DNA of 64,000 nucleotides from Rhynchobatus australiae. Lineage: Eukaryota. Positions 38,308 through 50,537 of this stretch are shown piece by piece. A program made the position numbers and the translations under genes. The notes below the pieces were generated by a model that had not been told where the DNA came from, searched no databases, and worked only from the letters and a program-made list of their open reading frames with translations. Where the stretch lies: assembly GCA_034780895.1 (NCBI GenBank), contig JAUZTB010000135.1, positions 81,798,772 through 81,862,771 of the forward strand, given 5' to 3'. How positions within the stretch are numbered: position 1 is the stretch's first letter; the number at the start of each line of letters is the position of its first letter.

Positions 38308-39589
38308 NNNNNNNNNNNNNNNNNNNNNNNNNNNNNNNNNNNNNNNNNNNNNNNNNNNNNNNNNNNNNNNNNNNNNNNNNNNNNNNNNNNNNNNNNNNNN
38401 NNNNNNNNNNNNNNNNNNNNNNNNNNNAGAATTTTATACGTTTCAAGTAATTAAGGATAAAAGAGGCCATCATTATCTGTTTCAAAACTAATGCAAAGAA
38501 GTTATTGATTGCTGTGATTTTCAGACATTACCAATAACAGAAGCAATAGAAAATCCGGACAACAGGGATGAATGTGGCACATGCAATAAAATAATATATT
38601 TATGGGTTAATAATAAAAATAAAAGAAAAAATAATAAAAAAAGAAATAAATTTGAGACCTATTATTTATTGAATAGTCTCTGAAGAATATTCAGGTTGCA
38701 TGTGGCAAATTGTCTGTAGTGTCCAGGCACTTATAAAATTGATTGCTAAGATTATAGTCCTGGTTTTGTCTTAGGCTGAGAGAGTATAGTGTGGAAGGTC
38801 AGAAGGGGTGGGAACGTGGGAGTCGGGATGGGTGGCAAATAAAGGTCCAGGTAATTGTTACTGGTACTTAAATGCAGTCATACTAACTATTCCCTGGAGG
38901 ATATAGAAATTAGTTTTACCCATGCCAAGCCTTGCATTGTCTGCATTAATTAAATGACATCATTATCTTGCATTTGCCAATCTTAAGACTGAACAACTAA
39001 TGAAAATACACTGCATTAAAACTACATGCATTATAATCTCAGTGATTCTGAAAATATTGGAAGCAAATAAATATTGAAGTAACAAACTAAAAAGTAAATA
39101 GGTTAATTGAAATATAAAAGGTATTTAAAAGTTATTTTTCTTTCTGCATGAGCTGAATGTTTTAGTTTAAAGATAAATTTCAATGTTTTTGAATCTACCA
39201 AAAGGGATTTTGGAACATCGGAGACCTCTGGTTAACAACAATAAAATAGGTGGGTCTGATGTGAACCGGGGGTAATCCATAAATTGGTGAATGGAGGGTG
39301 GAGATAGGAGATTTGTTCAGAAAATTTGGAATATCATGTGTCACCACACACTGTGTTTTGGCTTCACATTGTGTCCCTTTTCTCATCTTATTCGGAAACC
39401 AACACTGATGGATTTACCTCACTTACTGTGAGACTGTTGAACCAGGATGATGGAGGAAACTTGCAGCTAGGGGGTGGTTAGTTAGAGCATGGGATTGAGT
39501 TGGGAATAGTGTTTGGGGCTGTGGCTTGTCTGGTTTCTGGGTGTGGCAGAAACTGGTCACAGATTCTGAGGTTAGATCACAGATGTGAG

Positions 39590-39712
39590 AGAGAGACACA
39601 CACAAGAGACAGCAGATGCTGGAATCTGAAGCAAAAAACAAGATGCTGGAGGAACTCAATGAGTCAGGCAGCATCTGTGGAGGGAAATGGACATTCAACA
39701 TTTTGGGTTGAG
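39590..39712 (-). mobile_element. Penelope-like terminal-repeat fragment
   Basis: cacaagagacagcagatgctggaatctg...gagtcaggcagcatctgtggagggaaatggac, similar to 21438-21550. Confidence 0.75.
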
Positions 39713-41144
39713 TAGGTGATGATAAAGGGATGTGCTTTTTGATTCCCAATCAATCCTGAGTGGCTCAATAATGGTTGAGTATCTAATACCCGACCTGCAG
39801 GGGGTGTTCTAAACCCAAAGGAAATTTTTGGATACTGAGATGAGGGGCAGTCTTACTGCTGCATGGTCTAATTGTGGAATTAAAAAAAAAGCTTTGGGAA
39901 CTGTGAGGAAGCATTTCTACTGCTTTGGTGGTAAACGTAACCACCTTTCTCATAAGGTTGTTCTTAGCTCGCTTTAGTTTCTGATGCCCAGGAAACCCTG
40001 CCAGCCAGGGTTAAGCCTAGAAGCCTAGATAAAGTCTGACAGTTAACTACCTAACTTTAGAATGGTTACCTGAACCACATGCTTGTAAAGGTTGCAACAA
40101 CCCATCCACTCCCCATTTATTTGTATAGAAATTATCCCAATATGTTTCTTTGCCCTGTGCTTTAGCTCTTCAATAACATTTTCATCATATTTAGCATACA
40201 ATGAAGCAAATGTAACTTTTATTTATGGTAACCATTAATTAGATTTTATTGAGGAAAAACCTTTTGTTTCTGATATGATTTTAATAACTACAGTCAATTT
40301 GCTGGATATTATACTTTTCACATGCCATTTTAAGATCAATGTAACATCAGCTGGAATAAGCATATCTTTGTTTTTATTATGCAGATCAGGAAGATAGATT
40401 TCATCACAAGCCACAACAAATTAATTTTTAAAAACCAATTGATTAGAAGAAAATACACTCATCGAGGGATTTAAATGCTGTCATAAGCCTTGAGAAGGAA
40501 ATGTTTTCAATGTAATCTCTACTACTCATGCTTTTCCCAATATTATGCTGCAGTGTTATTTTTCAACCATAAAAATTAAGTCTCACCCATTGTTGCTGTG
40601 TGTGAGGGCTTTTAAATGTAGTTTAAGGTGCCATGGTTGATAATGATGACCCCAGGGATTCTGTCTGGTTAATAAATGATGATGGCTTCACTGAAAGATT
40701 AAATCTCTATCATAATTGCTGTAATATCAGTAGAATTTAATCTACATAGAGTTATTGGGAAATAATTCTGCTCTAGCTCAATGTATTTGGATATTTATTT
40801 GTTTTTACACATTTTTTGCAGGTGACACATGCAGCATTGCAGCAACAAAATATACAGCCTCTACCCAGCCAAACACTCATTCAAGTGTAAAATTCTATGG
40901 CCTAGGATTTAAAGGGAGAAGTAACGATAATGAATCACCAACCGCTATTGCAATGGAGTATATGTGGCAGCACACTCTGGAATACAGAATGTACAGTTAA
41001 ATCTTGTGGTCCAGAAGTTGTTGTCAATGAAATGCTGCCCCTCTATAGAAAAGCCTTATCCTGTATAAAAATTCAAATTTGTGAGCTGATTCGAACTTCA
41101 GTATTATTAATTATTGCTGCTATGTACAAAAACATCAGAAAGCA

Positions 41145-41298
41145 AAATCTTGCAGATGCTGGGATCTGAACTAAAAACAGAAGATGCTGCAAAATCAGCT
41201 GTTCTGATGAAAGATCATAGTCCTGAAAGATTAACTGTTTCTTTCACCTCAGCTGCTGCCCAACATGCTGAATAATTCCAGCATTTTTAGTTTTTTCA
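41145..41298. mobile_element. Inverted Penelope terminal-repeat pair with hammerhead core (CTGATGA 41204-41210, GAAA 41225-41228)
   Basis: Left arm tgcagatgctgggatctgaactaaaaacagaagatgctg; right arm ...tccagcatttttagtttttt; gtt-ctgatga-aagatcatagtcct-gaaa-gatt-aac between them. Confidence 0.7.
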
Positions 41299-41299
41299 T

Positions 41300-42290
41300 T
41301 GAGTTGTACATTATAGAAACAGGCCTTTTGGCCACTGCATTTCTGCTAACCATAATGCTTATCTATACTAATCCTACTAAGAACATAGAACACAGAACAC
41401 TACAGCACNNNNNNNNNNNNNNNNNNNNNNNNNNNNNNNNNNNNNNNNNNNNNNNNNNNNNNNNNNNNNNNNNNNNNNNNNNNNNNNNNNNNNNNNNNNN
41501 NNNNNNNNNNNNNNNNNNNNNNNNNNNNNNNNNNNNNNNNNNNNNNNNNNNNNNNNNNNNNNNNNNNNNNNNNNNNNNNNNNNNNNNNNNNNNNNNNNNN
41601 NNNNNNNNNNNNNNNNNNNNNNNNNNNNNNNNNNNNNNNNNNNNNNNNNNNNNNNNNNNNNNNNNNNNNNNNAACTGAACACAAGACTCCAAGTGTGGTC
41701 AGACCAGAGTTCTGTAGAGCTGCAACATCACCTCATGGCTCTTGAACTCAATACCCCGACTAATGAAGGCCAACATTCCATACGCCTTTGTAATAACCTT
41801 ATTGCCCTGCGTGGCAACCTTGAGGGATCTATGGACTTGAACCCCTAGATCCCTCTGTTCCTCCACACTGCTAAGAGTAACAAAGCACTTGCCTGCACTA
41901 ATACCATATCTGTCTATGCCCTGCTCATTCAAGTACCCGTCAACATGCTTTATAAATGTTATCACCGTTCCTGCCTCCACCACCCACTCTGGCAGCTCAT
42001 TCCAGAGGCCAACTACTCTTTCTGTGAAAAGTTTACCCTTCAGATCCCCTTTAAACCTCCTCCTTCTCATCTTAAAATAATGCCCTCTAGTTTTAGACTC
42101 CCACTGTGGGGAACAGCACTGGCTATCTACTCTATCCATAATTTTATGTCACTTCTCAGCCTTTTCTTTGCTCCAGGGCAAACGGACCCTGCCTACCCAG
42201 TCTCTCCTCATTACTCAAGCCCTTCAGTCCAGGTAGCATCCTTGTGAATCTTGTCTGCTTCTTCTCTTGCTTCATCACATCCTTCCTACA
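41300..42290 (-). mobile_element. Two nested CR1 3' ends (younger copy ~41380-41880 inside an older copy)
   Basis: Chimeric ORF 41699-42139 joins TRGH..FKGDLKGKLFTERVVGLWNELP to QRDLGVQVHRSLKVA..KAYGMLAFISRGIEFKS out of native order; two separate tail motifs at 41300 and 41380. Confidence 0.88.
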
Positions 42291-42352
42291 GTGTTCCAGC
42301 ATTTTGTGTGTGTTGCTCCAGATTTCAGCATCTGCAGAATCTTTTGTGTCTT
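42291..42352 (+). mobile_element. Penelope-like terminal fragment
   Basis: ttccagcattttgtgtgtgttgctccagatttcagcatctgcagaatcttttgtgtct. Confidence 0.65.
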
Positions 42353-43092
42353 CCCATAGTGTTCCACGTGATATAAAAGTTGCTAAGTTTCATGAAGTGA
42401 GTAAATGTTTAATGGTGTACCAAATCATAATTACAGCTTAACAGAATTTCCCTTATCCTAAAAATACTAGTCGTATTTATATGCATGGATTGTCATTCCT
42501 TTAGATAATAATTTCAAAATGTTCAGCTTCTTCATAAATAAAAATTTTTAGTTTTTTTAGAAAGTTTGTTTATGATATTTTAACTTGAATCCTGACCTCA
42601 CTTTTATATTTCCAATCTATATTTTGCACTCTGTTAAATGTTAAAAAAAAAGGTCCTATGTTTTACTTTATGGTTTGCTGTTGTGCAAATGCTACAATAT
42701 GATTGGCTGGTTTGTTGACATCACTGTTGCTGTCCAGCAGAGACCCATGGAGCTGATACCCGACAACAAACAATGTAGGGAAAGAAGAGGCTCACACCAC
42801 GAGGAAAAGTAATTTTTTAAAGCCGGTGCTTTTTGAGGTTTGAGGTGAACACCATTGCTCCAGCACTGAGTGCAAAATTAAGACCACCCACTGGTGGTGA
42901 AAAGAGAGATTGAAGGTCAAAGCCTTGACATAAATAGCAACATTTATTTGAGGAGGGGAGAGGATGGACTGTGTTCTGGAAATGTTGGGACCTGGGACTA
43001 CATTATCATTTTTTTGGTCAGTGACCATTCAGAGCGACTGGTTATTTAGGATATTTCCTTAATTAATCAAAAATAAATTGCAGATTAGAGGT

Positions 43093-43254
43093 GGGGTGGG
43101 GGAGGGAGGAGCTGTGATTGATGGTCATGGATTAGGGGTGGGGAGGGAGGAGCTGTGATTGGTGGTCATGGATTGGGGTGGGGAGCGAAGGACTGTGATT
43201 GGTAGTCATGGATTGGGGTGAAGAGGGAGGAGCTGTGATTGGTGGTCATAGATT
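43093..43254 (+). repeat. G-rich minisatellite, ~40-bp unit x4
   Basis: Unit ggggtggggagggaggagctgtgattggtggtcatggatt repeated at a 40-41 bp period. Confidence 0.95.
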
Positions 43255-44117
43255 TGGAGGGCTGGGCTGGAGTGGGGTGTGAGAATTAGGAAACATTAGG
43301 GTTCATTGCAGTGAGGACAGGTTATCAAAAGGGAAGGGGCTTGTAGGTTGTGGGTTTGGAGTGGAGGAGGGTGAATAATAAATGCTGGATGTGGCAGATT
43401 TGCTTGGTCAGTAAACAGAGGTGGCAATTTTGGGTAACTTTGTTCCTTGAATCCCTGAACATTGTTCCATAAAATGTATTTACCAGCTAGATCTGGCCAG
43501 ACTTACCTCTCTTTTGTTGCCAGGTTTCCCCCAGCCCCAGGGAATTCAGCTAATCAGCAATAAATTGAAATCACTGTTAAATCAGCAGGAATGGAGCCAG
43601 TTCATTAACATATTTAAATCACTAACCTGCCTCTTTACAGCAGGTTAATAGGACCCATGCCAAACCCACAGTTATTGCAATGATTCTGATGAGTTAGAGG
43701 TGGATTTCACAAACTTGCTTCTTTAAATCACCTTGAAATGTTCCACCTGTCTTGTAATGTTCAATTTTCACCTCACTTTTCAAATTGTCTACTGGATTAG
43801 AAGTGGCTGGCAAACATAATTAGGTCCTAAGACACAATCATATTTATGCACTGTTATTCAACACTTCTTATTTTATGTTATTATTTTTGATAATAAATTG
43901 GGATTTGGGATAACATGAATTGGTGAGAATTCTAACTGTGCTTAGCTACTGGGGAGATGGGAGAGGCAAGTAACAGGTACACAGGTACTGCAGCACTACC
44001 TCTGGCCAAAGTGTGCTATTACAGGATAATATGTTTACATATTACCTTTCCACTGTGAAGGTGGATATAAGAATTTATAATAGGAAAACTGACAAGTATG
44101 TAAGAATATGTATGTAA

Positions 44118-44144
44118 GTGTGTGTGTGTGTGTGTGTGTGTGTG
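44118..44144. repeat. (GT)n microsatellite
   Basis: Direct read. Confidence 0.98.
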
Positions 44145-44789
44145 ATACTTAATACTTCTTAGATTTTACTAATGAATTTATGTAGATCTTCTTCGTGAAA
44201 TAGAATCAAATTCATATTATTTGAGAATATTGACCCCACATGGATCATATATGTACATTCTGTATATACATATGTGCATATTTTATGTAAGTGCTTTTCA
44301 ATATATGTTTAATATTTTAATGTATTATTTTGTATATTTAAAATCAATTACTTTTAATCTTCTTGGCTTCAGCCTTATATTTCTGCAATTATATCAAATA
44401 TCCAAAATATAATTAAATATAATTTTTCAATTACATTCTTATCAAGTTCAGTATAATTTCTCTCAGCCATTGGATCCATTTTACATCAATTTCTTTAATA
44501 TTAACCAATATTCCCTTTGTTCCCTTAAACTCTTATGGATAATTTTCCTCCTTCACTTTCCCAGAGGAGAGCTGTGCCCCTGGCATTCATTGCTCATAAT
44601 TGACTCATAAATGATCAAAAGATCATTGGTAATGCACAAATGAATTTTCAGAGTGCACTCCTGATGCCAGAGACACTTCACCGGAAGCACGAACTCAGTA
44701 AATTACCTTGCTAAATTATGCCAGCACAATAAAACATTTCCATTAGACCATTTAATCCTCTTTCCTTTGATCATGGTTCAACTTTCTTT

Positions 44790-45115
44790 GAGTCATACAA
44801 CACAGAAGCAGGCCCTTTGGCCCAGCATGTCAATGCTGACTATCGTATCCATCTATATTAATCCCACTCACCAACACTTGATCTGTAATCTTGTTTGCCT
44901 TGGTAGTTTAAATATTCATCCAGATTCTTTTTAAATGCTGTGAGTGTATCTACCTCCACCACTGCATTCCAGATTGCAACCACCTTCTGAGTGAAAGCAT
45001 TTTTTCCTCAGATCCCTGTCAACCCTCTTACTCCTCACCTTCAAGCAATGTCCTCTGGTTTTAGACATCTCTGTTATGGGGAAAGGTTTCTTACTTTCCA
45101 TCCATACCTCTCATA
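44790..45115 (-). mobile_element. CR1 LINE 3' end
   Basis: gagtcatacaacacagaagcaggccctttggccc tail; cattccagattgcaaccacc (reverse of VVAIWNA) and tgtcctctggtt (reverse of TRGH). Confidence 0.8.
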
Positions 45116-45140
45116 GAGCAACAGGAGAGCAAATCCTTTC

Positions 45141-45865
45141 CTTATTCATTCATAAGATGTGGACATTACTGAAAATGTGAATATTTATTGCCTATCTCTA
45201 AATGGATCTGAACTGAGTTAGTAATGGGTTTGGATTCACACATAGGCCAGAGTGAGTAAGGAGGGCAGATTTCCTTCTGCAACAAGAATTAGTGAACCAG
45301 AAGGGTTTTGATAACAATGCAGTATCTTCATTGTCACCACTTCTGAGTCTTGCTTTTAATTCACGGTAGTGTAGTGGTTAGCACAACGCTGTTACAGCAC
45401 CAGCGATCGGCGTTCGATTCCCATTGCTCTCTGTAAGGAGTTTGTACGTTCTCCCGTGTCTGCGTGGGTTTCCTCTGGGTGCTCTGGTTTCCTCCCACAT
45501 TCTAAANNNNNNNNNNNNNNNNNNNNNNNNNNNNNNNNNNNNNNNNNNNNNNNNNNNNNNNNNNNNNNNNNNNNNNNNNNNNNNNNNNNNNNNNNNNNNN
45601 NNNNNNGCGTGGGTTTCCTCTGGGTGCTCTGGTTTCCTCCCACATTCTAAAGGCATACGGGTAGGTTAATTTGGGGTTTAAAATGGGCGGCGCAGACTCA
45701 TTGGGCCGGAGGGCCTGTTACCATGCTGTAAATAAAATCTTAAAAAAATTAAATTAAAAATTAAAAAATTAATTCCAGTTGCCAGTCTGGGGTCGGAACA
45801 TGCCTCTGGATAAACGTTCTAGATCTCTGGCTGCTACTCCAGCTTAACTCTGATACCACCACACC
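45141..45865 (-). mobile_element. Old tRNA-type SINE with a CR1/L2-derived tail, split by a younger V-SINE
   Basis: Minus strand ctggttcactaat...gaaggaaatctgccctccttact..ctggcctatgtgtga and tail ggcaataaat...ccacatcttatgaatgaataa, matching the LINE tail at 50480-50535. Confidence 0.7.
45363..45768 (+). mobile_element. Near full-length tRNA-derived V-SINE (HE1-like) with CR1-type tail and 7-bp TSD
   Basis: A box ggtagtgtagtgg; B box gttcgattcc; V core gggtttcctctgggtgctctggtttcctcccaca; tail tgggccggagggcctgtt plus A-rich end; TTAATTC at 45356-45362 and 45769-45775. Confidence 0.92.
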
Positions 45866-46049
45866 CTCAATAGACACCTCAGCTACACTGAGGATTTTAC
45901 ATCCGGTACACGTTGCCTCTCAACTTTTCCTTTAGCAATTCCAATATCTGCATTCATAATAAAAACTATTGAGGTAAACTTGTCACACAATTCTATCCTC
46001 CCACCAGTGGATAGGGTGCTGCCATACCACCTCAGACATGAGGGTGCCT

Positions 46050-46590
46050 TAAAATAAAAACAGGAGGTCAGGTAGCATCTGTGGAAAGAGAAACGATTAG
46101 TTTTTCAGGTCCTTGACTAGAACTGGGAGAGAGAGAAAAAAGCATAGCTTTAGGTAGCAGTGAAGATGTGAAGGAAAATCAGTGGAACAAAGGAACGAAT
46201 TGTGGCAGTTAAGGAGCAGTTAAGATCAGAGTAAGCTTCTTTGCTTGTGTAATGTGTTGTTAATGGCACAACTGTGGGAAAAAGAAAGAAAATAATGGCA
46301 GCTAGAAATTGCCAGTGCAGATACCAACAAAAAGAAATAATGAGTTACCTAAAATTGGAGAATTCGATGTTGCATCCAGCAAGCTATAACATGTCCAGAC
46401 GGAAGATGAGGTGTTGTTCCTCGAGCTTGTATTGGGCTTTGTTGTAATAGTGCAGGAGGTTATAGGCAAGAAGGTCAGAGTGGGAGTGGGAGTGGGATGC
46501 TGAATTAATGTGGCTGGCAATTAAAAGTTCAGACCCACTACTGCGAGTGTAGTTAAAGCCTGAGAAGATTATATAGGCAATCTCCATTCT
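46050..46590 (-). mobile_element. Penelope-like element 3' part: GIY-YIG endonuclease C-terminus plus terminal repeat
   Basis: ORF 46384-46587 ELLIASHINSASHSHSHSDL..LLHYYNKAQYKLEEQHLIFRL, then frameshifted NIEFSNFR*, matches the vertebrate PLE end (PVAxHFN..H..RKLEEQHLIFRLGTLQPxGxNIEF). Confidence 0.85.
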
Positions 46591-48984
46591 GAAATAGACA
46601 TGGAAATTTATAGTAAGAATATAAATATATACTACATATATAAAATATCAGAATGGTTGTTTAAAACAGAGGCTGTTAAAGCCTTGAAACCTCCTACCTA
46701 ATTGGAAGACCATCACATAAGTCCACTGATCGTCCACCAGGATGTGTTGGATTTCAAGTGATTGTGGGCAAATCCCATGTTGACTTCAGAAGAAAAGGGG
46801 CTCACCTTGAACGTCTTGTAATTCTCCTCTGCAGGCTCTGCAATGCTTCCCATAACATGAGTGATACAAGGTTATGGAAGCCGCTGATATGTGTGACTGC
46901 CATGGCTGGGATGGTAACTATTCTCAGCTTCCTTGGCAGGAGTATCAGTGGCCATATGTATTTGCTATTAAGGAGGCTAAATGAATGACATTTCATCTGG
47001 GATCTTTCCAGAGCTTTCTGGCTCTGTAGGTTGGATAATGAGTCGTTCGTTGACAGTGAAGTATTTTTGGTATCTCCGTGATATTTGGGAAGTCAATACA
47101 TTGCATAAGATATCACTTTCTCGCAATGCACCCATTGAAACAGCACTTTTACAAACACTGTTCCTGATGCTAGTCCAGTTACTTATACACCTACACACGG
47201 TGAAGGATAATGGTGAGTGGGTGCCATTATTCTCTGCGGGCATCTCATTTGCCTGGTGTTCTTCAGTTACATATCTCCTTCAAGGTCTACTGGGATATAA
47301 GAATTAAACCCAACCCAATCATTGCCTGAAGTATAACAATCCCCCACATACTGTTGACGTGTTTGAGGTTGAAACACCAAATATCGATTAAGAACAGAGA
47401 AAATATACAGTAATACTAAGAATTGGGCTGGGCCAGCAAAACACAACTCAACCAGATCAGACCTAAACCCAAGTGTTTAATCAGAATATGCATCCAACTG
47501 GAACTAAACCCAGTTCACATAATCAGGTCGCGTCAGGCTCCGGTCAAGAAGCCAGGTTTTGTCCCTCTGATGACGTTGAGTATCACTGGATTTCCAGAGG
47601 GATGCTCCTTGCTCCAGTGATGGCAGAGAGCAAAAAGTGGGTGGCTCAAAATACCTGGCACAAGCCCACTTTTAACCACAGAATTTGCAAGAAAAAATGG
47701 ACTGGATTTACCCAACACCTGCACCTATTGTTAACATACGCACTTTTCCTGAACTATTATATTACATGCTCTTCAAAAAGAGCTGGCTGATTAAGAACGC
47801 TTTAGGGCCTGACTGCAGAGATTCTGTATAGCATCAGGGCTTCTTGCAGTGCAATTGGGTCACGTGGTTGGCCCAGACTGAACTTGTCCACTAAACTGCA
47901 GAGGAAAACCTNNNNNNNNNNNNNNNNNNNNNNNNNNNNNNNNNNNNNNNNNNNNNNNNNNNNNNNNNNNNNNNNNNNNAATGATTAAAAAATGGAATGA
48001 ATCACCTGAGAAAACACTTAAAACATTTTGTGATAATTAAAAACATTCCTTTAAAAAAAGAACATTAAAAAAAAGGTAATTTCACTCGACCCTTTCTCCC
48101 TCACAGTTGTAAGACATTAATTGAAATGATGGGCTGTGGTCTTGTGCCCGATCTAATCTGGCACAGGGTTTGAGAGCGGGTTCCTCCGTTGTAAATGCTG
48201 GGCAATTCCAGCAAGCTGCTTGGTCCATCTGAGTGGCCAAGTGCCATTGAAATGGAGAAGCACTTTAAAGAAATGGGTAATCGCCAGCTGATTTTGGGAC
48301 TTCTGCATGTGCTGAAGGGTCTCAAACTGACCAGCACTGGGAGGGTACTTTTCTGATAAGTTGCAGCAAATGTAGCGAGAAAACATTAAACAGAAACAAT
48401 ATCAGAAATGCATCCAAAGCAGATAGACATGAGTATATTGGAGAAACCGAGAAACACTGAGGGCAATGTACAACATCAGCTGCTGCCTGTGTGATAACAG
48501 CATGCCTTCCCATTGTAGAACAACTCCAGTTTTCACCCCATTAATCTGAGTTGTTCCAATGAAATCTGCCTCAGTTTCCCAAGTATCTTTATTTGCTGGC
48601 ATCAGGGAGCCTCTGAATGAATCTCTAACGGGTGTTCTTCATTGACTCCACATCTTTCTCACAGTGCAAGTACAATGTGAACGCCCACAGCTCTAATATG
48701 GTAGCACCATCTCATGAAGTGCCAGAGTTATCCTGCCTCCATTCTAGCATAGACAACAGACATCCAATGCTCTTTTAATGTGGGAAAGGGGATCCTAACT
48801 CCAGGTGGGGGAACCCTTATGTAATATCAGGATGCCCTCAATGAAAGTGGCTTTGGTCTGGCTGAATTCAGGATGACCATCCTCATAAGCATTCTATCTA
48901 GCAGACATTAAATAATTTAAGTGAATATTTCACTGGGACATGGAGGCAACCTTCTCCCAACACATCCCAAGTCCCAAGTTCCAA

Positions 48985-49053
48985 GTTCGGCATAGCTTTG
49001 TGGGCCGAAGGGCCTGAATTGTGCCATAGTTTTTCTATGTTTCTATGTTTCTA
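48985..49053 (+). mobile_element. CR1 extreme 3' end with (TTTCTATG)n tail
   Basis: tgtgggccgaagggcctg...tttctatgtttctatgtttcta. Confidence 0.8.
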
Positions 49054-49454
49054 CATGCTGTTCTCTAAATCGATCCAAGCCCGTGTTGCCTCTGTCCCTA
49101 TTCTGAACTTGGCTTCCCCTCCCCGACTTTTGCAGTCACAGCTTCCAAGCTCCTGATTAAGTCACCCTCGCCTTATCTCCTACTCGAACACCCAGTGGAT
49201 TTTCCCTCTTCTGAGAGTTGCTTCTGGCAAAGCAGTGGCTTGAAATTGAAAGCTTGTGTCAGCAAGATGCTGATGTCTGCAAACTCATCCTTCTCATTTA
49301 AAAGAGGTGAGAACCCCTATAATGGAGCTCAAATATTGTTGCCTCTGTCAGTTCACACTGAATGATCGGCTCAAAAGAATTTTGAGCCTACTGCAGAGAA
49401 ATGTTATTAAATAGTAAACATGATGCTAAGTACTAAGAATCCGTGGTGTTAATA

Positions 49455-49520
49455 TTTGCCTCATCAGTCACCTCAGAAGCCGCAGAAGTGGAGTGGAAAC
49501 AAGTCATTCTCGATCCCAAG
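49455..49520 (+). mobile_element. RTE 3' terminal fragment
   Basis: gcctcatcagtcacctcagaa..ggagtggaaacaagtcattctc matches 16556-16610. Confidence 0.7.
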
Positions 49521-49524
49521 GGCT

Positions 49525-50537
49525 TTGGTTGGAATCAATCCTAGCACAAATGAAGATGGTTGTGGTGGTTGGAGCTCAAACATCATAGCCACAGGACATC
49601 CCTGCAGGAGGTCCTCATGGTAGTATCCTATGCCCAACCATCTTCAACGCTTCATCAATGATCTTCCTTCAGTCGTAAGGTTAGAGGTAGGGATATTCAC
49701 TGATGATTGCAGAATGTTCAACACCATTCATGGCTCCTCAGATAATGAAGCAGTCAACATCCAAATGCAGCAAGACCTGGACATTATCCAGGCCTGGGCT
49801 GATACTTGGCAAGTAACATTCACACCACAAAAGTACCAGGCAAGGACGATATCCAACAAGGGAAAATCAAGCTATAATTTCATGACATTCAATGGCATTG
49901 CTATTATTGAATCCCTCACTGTCAATATCTTGGGGGTTATCACTGACAGAAACTGACCTTGAGTAGCCTTATACAGAATGTTGCTACAAGACCAGGTCAG
50001 TGGTTAGGAATCGTGTGGAGAGTAACTCACCTGCTAACTCCCCAGATCCTGTCCACCATCTACAAGGCTCAAGTTAGGAGTGTGATGGAATACTCTCCAC
50101 TTGCCTAGATGAGTACAGCTTCAACAACATTCAAAAAGCTTGACACCATACAGGACATAGCAGCCCGCTTGATAGGCACCTCATCCACAACCTCCACCAC
50201 TGACATATAGTAGCAGCAGTTTGTACCAAGACTCATTAGACAGCACCTTCCAAACCCTCGACCTCCACCAACTAGGAGGACAAGGGCAGTCAATGCAAGG
50301 GGACACCAGCACCTAGAAATTGCCCCCAAACCATACACTATCCTGACCTGGAAATATATCACGGTTCTTCTATCCTCACTGCGTGTCACCCTAACAGCAT
50401 TGTGGGTATATCCACATCTCAAGGACTGCAGCAGTTCAGCAAGACAGCTCACCACCACCTTCTCAAGGGCAATTAGCGTTGGGCAATTAAATGCTGGCTC
50501 AGCCTGGGAAGCCCTCATCTTTTGAATGAATATATAA
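49525..50537 (+). mobile_element. CR1/L2-group LINE, RT C-terminal half and 3' UTR
   Basis: FINDLPSVVRLEVGIFTDDCRMF (FADD catalytic motif) ..QQDLDIIQAWADTWQVTF..NILGVI; tail aagggcaattagcgttgggcaattaaatgctggc...gaatgaat. Confidence 0.9.

Noticed and set aside
43093-43254. Regularly spaced repeats, CRISPR-like at a glance
   Set aside because: Tandem units without unique spacers, in vertebrate DNA
45363-45425. tRNA-like A and B boxes
   Set aside because: Head of a tRNA-derived SINE; no cloverleaf and continues into the V core
45462-45652. Apparent duplication of the V-SINE core
   Set aside because: Identical sequence flanks a ~100-N gap; same overlap artefact (also seen at 14855-14880 and 61504-61621)
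47558-47601. Hairpin tccctctg/cagaggga containing CTGATGA
   Set aside because: No GAAA box or stem II, so not a hammerhead; an 8-bp stem can occur by chance
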